This document shows, piece by piece, positions 52,372 through 61,629 of a stretch of 64,000 bases of DNA. A model generated the notes under the pieces. It was not told the DNA's origin and did no database searches. It saw only the letters and a program-made list of their open reading frames with translations. The position numbers and the translations under genes were made by a program. Origin of the DNA: Oculina patagonica (Eukaryota); contig NC_135761.1 in the NCBI RefSeq assembly GCF_052425735.1, forward strand, positions 18,910,001 to 18,974,000, in the 5' to 3' direction. Every line of letters starts with the position of its first letter. Position 1 is the stretch's first letter.

Positions 52372-52929
52372 TTTTTTTTTTTTTTTTATTTTTTTTTTAT
52401 TATGTTTTTTTTTTTTTTTGTGGGTTCGAATCCTGAGCCTTTTATTTTTATCGTTTTTCTTTTCGGATTAAAATAACACTGATTTCCACATAATACTCCC
52501 TCAACGCATATTCAGGCTATAAACCTTTCATCGCCATCAAGGGCGCGCGGGCGGAGGGTTCGAATCCTCCTGCCGTTCGTTCTTCTTTTTTTTTAATGCC
52601 CTCAAATAAATGTCCAAAATGCGACTATCCAATAATTTGTCGATGATTTTGAAAATAGCCTGCGCTTCCCAACGCTTTATAACTCTTTACGAACCAGAAA
52701 GAGCCGCCATCTTCAAAGCGGAGTAGACCCTGGGAACGAGGGTGTCGTGGCCATGCCCGTTACTAGGTAACAATAACAAATCACCTGTTAAAACCGGTTA
52801 TCACCGGTTACGTGGCCTGAGGCTATAATTTATGCCCCCGGCCACTCGCGGGCGCACTCTTTATTGTGCTTTCTGTGGAGGAACCCGTGACAAAACAAGC
52901 TGTGAGAAAACTTAAAGTAATATTTTGTT

Positions 52930-53331
52930 TGTCTCACGACGTAGTCACGTGTGATGGAGATCGCGACGTTTCGACTGCATACTGCTAGTCTTCATCAGGC
53001 GATAAGGTCGACTGGTTGTGCGTTAGCTTATAAAACACACGGCTGCGCTGTGATTGGTTGGTTTTCAACAGCTGTGATTGGTGCATTTCGATCCTCCGTG
53101 TTCTGCATGCTGGTTTACTGTTGCTCCCTCGGCGGTCCGCAGTCGTACAGTTCTCCTGTTGTTGTGTTTTTTGATCGTGGGCATCCATGCTTCAGGAATT
53201 TCAATTCCACTGTCCCTGTTGATATTATTAGGGTAAAGTCTTATGTGAATCGCCTCTTTGACCCGGCGTGTGTACCAGTGCGAGTCACGATCAATAAACT
53301 TTACCTCATTCCAAAGCGGGTAGTGTCCGGT
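52930..53331 (-). mobile_element. 5'-truncated Penelope-like retroelement (GIY-YIG C-terminus + 3' repeat)
   Basis: TGHYPLWNEVKFIDRDSHWYTRRVKEAIHIRLYPNNINRDSG matches the H..W....I...E....R.VKEAI.I.....NRD.G end of PLE GIY-YIG endonucleases; hammerhead motif downstream. Confidence 0.85.
52961..53002 (-). ncRNA. Minimal type I hammerhead ribozyme
   Basis: Minus strand TCGC-CTGATGA-A-GACTAGCAGTATGCAGTC-GAAA-CGTC-GCGA: stem I TCGC/GCGA, full core, stem II GACT/AGTC, palindromic ACGT stem III, GUC cleavage triplet. Confidence 0.85.
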
Positions 53332-55399
53332 GCGCGAGGAAGATATACCAACGAAACTCCAGATCAACGTGAACGGCGACTTCAAGCTAATCGCGAACGA
53401 AGCAGAAGGCGAAGACAATCCCCTCCTTATTTATAACACCCCATCCCCAACCCAGAGCTTCGCGAGGCCCTGCGAGTCACGTATTACTAGTAGATTTTTT
53501 GATATATTTCTTTTTCTCACTACACAACGCTGTCCCTAGCCTGTCCACAGCCTCTTTATTTGTACTTGGTATACTAATAAAAGTTTCTTGTTCTTTTAAA
53601 ACGATAGTTGGCAATCCTTGCTTATATGATCGACGGGAGGTCCCTTTGCTGTCATGTAACAGGGATATAGAAAATTATAAAAATTTAAGACCATACCCCC
53701 ACCCCCTAAGTATAAAAACTGTCACGCTTTTCTCGAAAGTATGCAAATTTATACTTCACTTTCGAATAAAAATGGTGCCAACAGGCATTGCAAAGTGGCT
53801 TATTGAAAACGCTTTGCCGGCTATGACATGAAATATGGCTTAATCAAGTAACACAAGTAGTGCTCGTAAATCATGACGATACATATTTGGACAAAAAAAC
53901 TAGCAGTGGTTGCTTCAAATTCACCAGTCGCAAGACAAGCGGTATGCGAACTGAACTGGAAGCCATTGAAGAAATGACAGGAAAGTAACGTATTGCAGCG
54001 GTCAGGGCATCATAATCAAGCAAAGGTTAGCATATTTATTTTGATTTATGCCTAAGTATTGCTAGTATTTCGATTAAATTGAGTTAAAGAACAAATACGG
54101 TTGTAATACTTTTGGTCACGCATTCTAAGACTGGCGTGATTTTATGCCGTTTTTGTACGATTTTGAATAATTTTTTGACAAGTGCTTAATCATTTGCCCA
54201 AACCATACATTGTATATTTTAAAAGTGTTCATTTGCGTGAAACGAGTGCTGAGGTTTTAACTACACCAACTCAGGCATGGAGCTTTCCAACTGAATTTTG
54301 TCTTAAACGTGGAGGAACACCCAATCATTTCGATAACAAAACACCAAAAAGAATTGAGCTCAAAGGCTTTTTTTTTGCTCTCTCTTTTAAAATGTATTTA
54401 ACAATTTTCTTGCTGCAGTCATGCCTAATCATTCGCGACTACACTCCAAATTCCCATAAACTGTACAATATTCAGCTAGTGGCACATCATTGCACTAAGA
54501 CTTAGTACACTGTGCGATAGTGCACCACTAGCATGTGACTATATGCCTTTACACTGTGAATGGCCCCTTTCCGAATTCATTCAAAGAATTCCAACTGTTT
54601 TGGCTCACATTGAATCCAAGTGTATCGAAAGAGAGTTGTGGTATCATTTTTTTTAGGTTTTATGAAATCACTCTCTTAAGTTGAGTTGAAAAAAGCTTAT
54701 TGATATCCCATTCCAGTCATTCTAGTTAAGCATAAATACCTTTAACCGCTGTGTGCATCTTATTTCTAAAGAAAGCCAGTAAAAACTGTTCTAGCATGAA
54801 AGCCATTTCTGAAACATCAATCGAAGACCAGTTATGCGGAAATTCAACTCAAGCGCCAATACAAACTTTTTTAAGGAATCCAAATTATTCAGTTAAAGAC
54901 ATATTTTTCACATAACAATGTTTTCGGGGTTAAATTCATCTAGTAGGCCTAGTCCTTTAAGCGTTCGTTCGTTTGCTTAACTCGAGCAAAGTCCTAGGAG
55001 CAAGTTTACGGCAAATGTAACATTCGTTTTTTCGGTGCTAAAGTTTGGAATTCCATTGATGACTCACTTAAATCTAAGAGTCGTTTTTTTTTTTTCTTAA
55101 AAGAATTGATTATCTCCAACTACTAACTGGTACATTGATGTACTTTATTTTTCATTTTCGTGTGTGTACTTACACTTTTCTTTTTTGTTCTCTGTCTGTG
55201 TGTGTGTGTGTGTGAATGGACTGTAATTTTATTGCAATATTTTTTTCCGCTTGGCCCAGCCACTTAGCTCGATTAGCCTTAGCTATTTCTAAGTGACTGT
55301 GCTCTTTTTTTATTGTTAATTTTTCTCTTTGCATGTATTTACCTATTGTAAAACTCTTCTGGGCACGAAATAAAAGATTGTTGTTGTTGTTGTTGTATA

Positions 55400-56086
55400 C
55401 ATTTTCGTTCTCAGAGCCGCTTGTCCTTCTGAGGCATCGTTTACACGGACGCGGTTATTAATCAACGCGGTTTCATGAACTCGAAACCGCATCGAAAACG
55501 ACACAGTTTCGAAGTGTTTACACGAAACATATCCTACCGTTTTCCAAGTGTTTTCGAACGTGATTGTATAAAGCAAGCGCTGCACTCTGTGCGAGGTTCG
55601 TCATATTTACTCTTCGCGATCCAGTCAATTTGTGGCAAAACACTTGACCATTTTCAAATCGATGCGGTTTTGCCGTTTACACAACCAGTGAAACCGTATC
55701 GTTTTGAAAACGCTACACTTTTGAGAGCGTTTTCAAAACGATCCGGATTCAGTTGTGTCTCGATCGGCGCCGTGTAAACGAAAGGCGTAACCGCATCGAA
55801 AGCGTTGCGGTTACAAATGAAACCGCGTCCGTGTAAACAGTGCCTGAGCGGGCTGAGCCTGTGCACGAAAAACAAGTGGCTCTTGTAACACATGATCTGA
55901 TTGGCTGGATTTAAACAAAGGAAGATTCAAATCTGACCAACCAAATTAACCGCTTTAAACTCCCCTTTAACAAGGGGATTTAAGTTCATTTAGTTGGCTG
56001 TCAAATCATATGTCCCCAGAGCCACTTGTTTCTCGTTCGTAGGCTCTGCCGGCTAAGAAGGACAAGTGACTCTGGGGACGAGAATG
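55400..56086. mobile_element. Palindromic MITE interrupted by a nested MITE
   Basis: Ends cattttcgttctcagagccgcttgtccttct / agaaggacaagtgactctggggacgagaatg; arms continue as inverted repeats. Confidence 0.75.
55433..55844. mobile_element. PIF/Harbinger-like MITE (nested)
   Basis: TIR GGCA..GTTTACACGGACGCGG / CCGCGTCCGTGTAAAC..TGCC; TGA TSD at 55430-55432 and 55845-55847. Confidence 0.85.
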
Positions 56087-57107
56087 CAAGTTATAACGTC
56101 ATGTATACATGACGTCACTAGTAAGTGGGAAGAATGCGCCTGGGTACTAAGCTGGTGGCTGCTGAAAAAGAAATCATTAGATTAACCAAAGGCTGCAAAT
56201 CAGTCTTACTTTGCAATATGTTAATAATACTTCAATCATTCACAGAACGGTGCTACGTGAAAAGGTGGCATGTACAACGCGAGGAAATGGAGCATAGTGG
56301 AGCAAAGGTAACTTAAACTCAAAACTTAAAACACCAATCACGGTAAACAGTTCTAGGCTAATGACGTTTCACATGATTGTAAATAAAGGATTGAGACATT
56401 AGAGCAGAAGAAAGACATTCAAATAAAACGCTTTGAAACTAGTTCCAACACAAATTGAGAAAACATGTAGACGTCTACCGAGTGGATTTAAAAACATTGA
56501 TAATCTAGCCTTTGGAGATGGGCCGGTCAAAAATTTCACCCTTCAATTTCTCACAGAATTAAAAACAAACAGCGAAATAGCATTTCGTGCACTTATCAAT
56601 TTATTAGACAAACTTATTAGACAGTATTAAATTCCTGCCGGTTGCTAATTAACTAAACTAAACGATGGTTCTACTTCCCGTCATAATACTACACATTCCA
56701 ACAGATTGAAAACGGCCTATTTCGGACAAAGGACAGGTTAATGTCATTTTATTAGAAATGGTTTCTTCATACTGATCGTTTCATAAATCTACATATCAGC
56801 AAAGAAATGTAAGATTTGTGAGACATGTTCACCGCGTGTATATAAACTAGGCTTTTACTGATTAATTAAGCAAGCAAGCCTCGGTTCTAGAGTGATTTCA
56901 TTTAACCAGTGAAACAATATCTGCCAGTTTGTGCGTAAGAGTGAAAAGGAAACAAAAGAAAACAATGGAATTGTGTCTAATAGTATCTAAAAGTGTTATA
57001 ACTATTTCACGGGTTAACTGAAATCACTCTATTGTCCCTGTTTAGTGTACACTACAAAGTATAAAGCTAAGCGGCCTGTTTAGCAAACGATCGTGAGCGA
57101 ACGCTCA

Positions 57108-57301
57108 AGCCTGGTTTTCACTAGCGACGCAAGCATAAGCGCAAGCACAAGCGCAATCACGCCAAAAGGACAAATTTTGATCCTTGTGCTTGTGCTTGTA
57201 ATGCGCTTGTGTTTTTTGCTTGAGTCAAAGCCGTTTTCACGGTGAAATAAGAGCTGTTATATCCTTGCGCTTGTGCTTGCGTCGCTAGTGAAAACCAGGC
57301 T
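57108..57301. mobile_element. PIF/Harbinger-like MITE
   Basis: Perfect TIR AGCCTGGTTTTCACTAGCGACGCAAGCA; TCA TSD. Confidence 0.88.
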
Positions 57302-59569
57302 TCAGTGATCGTGAACTGTTAAATTCAAAAATCTAACCCATCGACCAGTATAACTTTCCTTGAGAGATTTACATCGGGACAGCAATAAAAGTTATGTTTG
57401 GTTCTCCACTAAGCGATTATATAGAGAACAGAAACAGGAGAGTAGCTCTCTGATGTTCCACTCATAACTGGATTTCAATTATTTATGTTAATCTTAGAGG
57501 GAAAGCTCTACCACAAAAAGCAAAAAATATTTACGGAATATATACGATGACCGTGATCATTGCAATTGGCCAGAGTCGTGAAGCCATACAATTGTTCGTA
57601 AAATAAAACGTTTTTTTTTATAAACAATTAGGAAACACGTAAAATAAACATTGCAACAACTCACTACGTTAAAAAAATGTATGAAAAAAACACGTACAAC
57701 TGTATCTGATGACATGTTTATAAATGCAAATATAGAAAAAACTTCAGAAACCAAACAAACCCGTGGGACTGAACAATCATCAGCAATTAAACCCAAAGAA
57801 TGGATTATCATGAAATGTCAATTCTTTGCTAAAGTTAAATCATCTATATAAACTTTATGGCACTTTAGGACTAACCCTTTTTTCATGCAAAGATACTCTT
57901 ACGACAAGTCAAGCAAAGTTAAGAATACGCTACTAGTAAGATTTATATTTCGCTTTTGACAAACAAGTCAAAATCGTTTGTGTTGACTGGCATGCCAAAA
58001 CAAGAGCGCTAGCTCTAAGCTGAAATCCACAGAAAAAGAAAAGCGAAGTTACCTTAAAGTGCACAAACATAGTTTGTTAGAAAAAAAAAAGGATCAAAGA
58101 AAGTCTTCAGCGTGATCTCGGATTTTGGTGATAGAGGGAGGGATAAATGAGATTTCACCGGGTTCAGTTTTTTATATTAATTCGTCCTACACATCACAAT
58201 AACAAATACAATGCACTGAACCAAACAAACCCGCGGTCAGATATGAACACTGAAAAACGGCAAGCCATGAACGCTTTAATGAAAAATATCTAATATCAGT
58301 AAAAGGAATAATGATTTTTACTCTTTAAGAAAATCTTTTTTTCAATCAAGTGGACTTTGCCTTGTGGCAATTTAGCAAACTGAGAGACGACGTGGATGTG
58401 AATTATTTTTCTTATAATTTTCCTTTACGCAAACAAGTCAAAATCGTCTGTATCAACATAGAGTCGGCTTTGTAAACCAAGTGTTGCCAACTGATCAAAT
58501 GATCCTTCAGGCATAAAGCAATGTAACTGCTCTTTTAAATTCAAACACGGAATAGTAAACGGATAGATAATTGATTGTAAAAAGTTTTAAAACATATCAT
58601 ATTAGAAAAACTCTTCGCGGTCTTGTGTAAAAAGCAACGCGTAATTGCAGCTCTGAAAATGACTTTATGTTTGTTTGGTACAACGTAACAGCAACTCAAG
58701 ATCTTCACTCTTATTGGATTAAGACAAAGCAACTATCATAAACATTATCAGTGATGTAATGCTCTATTGAAATAGAATGACTCATGGTCATGGTCAACAA
58801 CAAACTGGTCCGAACACGAACCAAAGTCAACACAAAGGCTGAAAACTCAATTGTACACGTAGCTTACTTATCATTCCTTTACAGTGAGTTGTTCAGCAGG
58901 TACTTGGAACAGAAAAGTGACCCTTCTAGCTTTGAGGTATGACGGTTTTCTCTGTATTTCCTACTCGTACTTGCGAGACGGTTTTCTCAATATCTACTGC
59001 CAGTGAAAAGTTGATTTCAGACGCTTGTTTACCAGAAATCAATACACAGTCAAAATTTCATTATAGATCTATCGATTTGAACTGTTTTATATCTTTCTTA
59101 ATTCTTCAATACTGTGGGGTAACTAACTATGGATTCTTTTACTAGAGTAAAGATCTGCACAAAATTTGAGAAAATTAAAATCAACGCAGAACAGAAAAAA
59201 ATCATCGCTAGTTTTCTGAAAAAAGAAATTTGTACTCATTTTAGTTCATATCGTACGCGCCAAGACTGAATAATGATGCTATTTTGAACTGATACACTTT
59301 TTTATATTATAATTTTATCGGCTAAGTTGAAAATTCACCTTCCCGCGAGGGATTTTAATAGTCGCCCTTTTAGGTTGGTTTTTATGTACCTGATTGAAAA
59401 AGTGCCATCTTACATTTGAACATTTTATCAAAACGGAATTCAAATGCCCTCTATTTAAAAAAGAAATTCGCAGTGACTTACTTCATGCTATCGTTATTGC
59501 GAAAAAATTGCAAAATTATTAGTCATTTTGTATGTGCTAACGTTTCTTGCAGCAGATCGTGAAGAAGAA

Positions 59570-60003
59570 ATGGCCTTCATTTCGCATAAAGTCTCTGTGA
59601 TCTCCTTGTTGTCTCTGTTTGCGATGTCATTGTTGGTTTACTGCGCCACAGCAAATAACAAAACCAATCAACCATCCTACAAAATGGTAATTCAGACATC
59701 ATTTTCCGTTACGTACAAATGCTTATTTCTGAAAGTAGCAAAATGGCAATCATTTCTTTTCAAATATTGATTTTTACTTTGGGCGTAATGCTATATTTTA
59801 CATAATTCACTGTATAAACAGTTCAGTGCGAAAATAATTAAGGACTCCTCTGATGATCATTTTGGCTCCTCTTTCAAGGAGATTATGCCACGGAGATTTC
59901 GCAGATTTTGGTCTAAACTGTTCTGAAATACGTGGTAGGCAACTTAACCCATGAAAAACAATATCTTTGAACATCTAAATATAAAGGAAGATATAATCTT
60001 TAT

Positions 60004-60035
<32 letters not shown>

Positions 60036-60042
60036 TGAGCAA

Positions 60043-60076
<34 letters not shown>

Positions 60077-61629
60077 CCATAGAAAACGAGGGCGAGTAGT
60101 CTAATTGTTAAATAAGAAGCGGATAGAAATCAAGCTAAGGCTACAATTATCGATTTTTTAAAGACGCGCGGAAACAATTTGAAAACGTTTGGCTTACCTT
60201 TTTTAAATTGCAATCCGTTTCCTTCCGCGCCATCCGCAGCCAATAATGCTAGTTAACAGTTTCAGTGCTCTAATATAACAATTTTTTAATAAAAATGGAC
60301 TATTATTTCTAGGTTTCATGCGACACAAGTATAAATTTTGGCTGTTAAAAATTCTGGTAAAACAGACTTACAATTGTATCATCATCATCAGTTTTTTTGT
60401 CGCCAGTAGGTCCATGAGATTGCAAACAATTGTATGCTTTGACAAAAATTTTAGTCAAGCTAGCATAAAAGCAGGAAAACGATTCAACTAGACTGGAAAA
60501 TTGCACTCAGTGCAACTAGCTTAAAATTATAAAGCAATGGGGCAGAAAAAATGGCAAAAAGGGATATTTATATCTATGATGTCAAAGCTTTAATAACTAA
60601 TAATACTTTTCTTATCCAACACAGCAGCCTCCTCCTTTCTGTTATGGTGGTGTCCCTGGTATGCACGGCAAGCCTGGGTCTCCTGGGGTACCCGGCCGTG
60701 ATGGCCGTGATGGCCGTGAAGGAGCCAAAGGTGACCAGGGTAGCCCAGGGAAGACTGGACCCCAGGGACCTCCAGGTCCCAAAGGAACTCATGGCACTAA
60801 AGGAGAAACTGGAGTTCAGGGTCCTCCCGACCAAAAAAAAAGGGCAGCGCGGAGAGAGTGGAACAAGCGGAATCCCTGGGATTCCTGGTGCGATGTCTTA
60901 TAAGAACTGGAAAGAGTGTGCGTGGAAAAACTTGAATGAAGGCAAAGACAACGGTCTGATCAAGGTGAATGTTGCGGAAACATGTATTTACTGTAGCACG
61001 ATTTGTATGTCTGTATCATGTAACTATAACAATGAAATGAAAGAGTAAATGTTTAAAAACCAGAAACTATAAAAGAAAAACGCAAACTATAACAATTCTG
61101 AAATTATTGATTCTGAAATTAAACTAATTGTATACAGAAGTTCATGCGATTATGAACTTCTGGTGTATAACTATATAATGAACCGACAAAATACTTATTC
61201 TGACTTTCCAATCATCTAGTTATATTACTTTTGATTTTTTACTTTTTATAATTATTTTTTTTTTTTTCATAGGAATGTCTGTTCACTAAGAACTTCTCTG
61301 ACACAGCCCTCCATGTTTACTGGACTGGTGGTCTTAGAGTCGCTAATTGTCATTTATGCTGCAAACGCTGGTATTTCACTTTCAACGGTGCTGAATGTGC
61401 AGCTCCCCAGCCAATTGACGGTGTTGTGTGCTTGGGAGGAGCAAAGCCCCAAGATCCCCACCGTGTCCGCCATGTTGAAGGGCACTGTAACAACATCAAG
61501 AAAGGAAAGGTGCGCGTGGGATTCTCGGTGGGTAACTGTGAAGGTTATGGAGGAGGTGCGGACGCCTACACGGGATATATATCAGTATCCCGGATCTTTG
61601 TTGAGGAAGTTCCTAAACCTCAAGCTTAG
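59570..61629 (+). pseudogene. CTHRC1: G6: CTHRC1-like gene with exon-2 frameshift; exons 59570-59686, 60625 (or 60628)-60964, 61273-61629
   Basis: All three exons and splice sites are present. Paralogous GGC CAA AAG GGG CAG reads GAC CAAAAAAAAAGGG CAG (9-A run, 60833-60841; net +4 nt), giving a stop at 60903. Could be a homopolymer sequencing error. Confidence 0.75.
60001..60114. repeat. 114-bp hairpin element in G6 intron 1
   Basis: tatttaacaattagactac...gtagtctaattgttaaata with arms pairing imperfectly up to a central aggcgcagcc loop. Confidence 0.8.

Larger units (their letters stand above)
52221..53490 (+). mobile_element. Non-autonomous Helitron-like element
   Basis: (AT)n at 5' end; 3' hairpin TCGCGAGGCCCTGCGA (53460-53475) followed by CTAG|T (53487-53490); residual coding patch NETPDQRERRLQANRERSRRRRQ (~53345-53420) like the ET.EQR..RL repeats N-terminal in animal Helitron proteins. 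Confidence 0.6.

Noticed and set aside
52951-53436. 161-aa plus-strand ORF as a gene
   Set aside because: Chimera of antisense Penelope sequence and a Helitron-like coding scrap.
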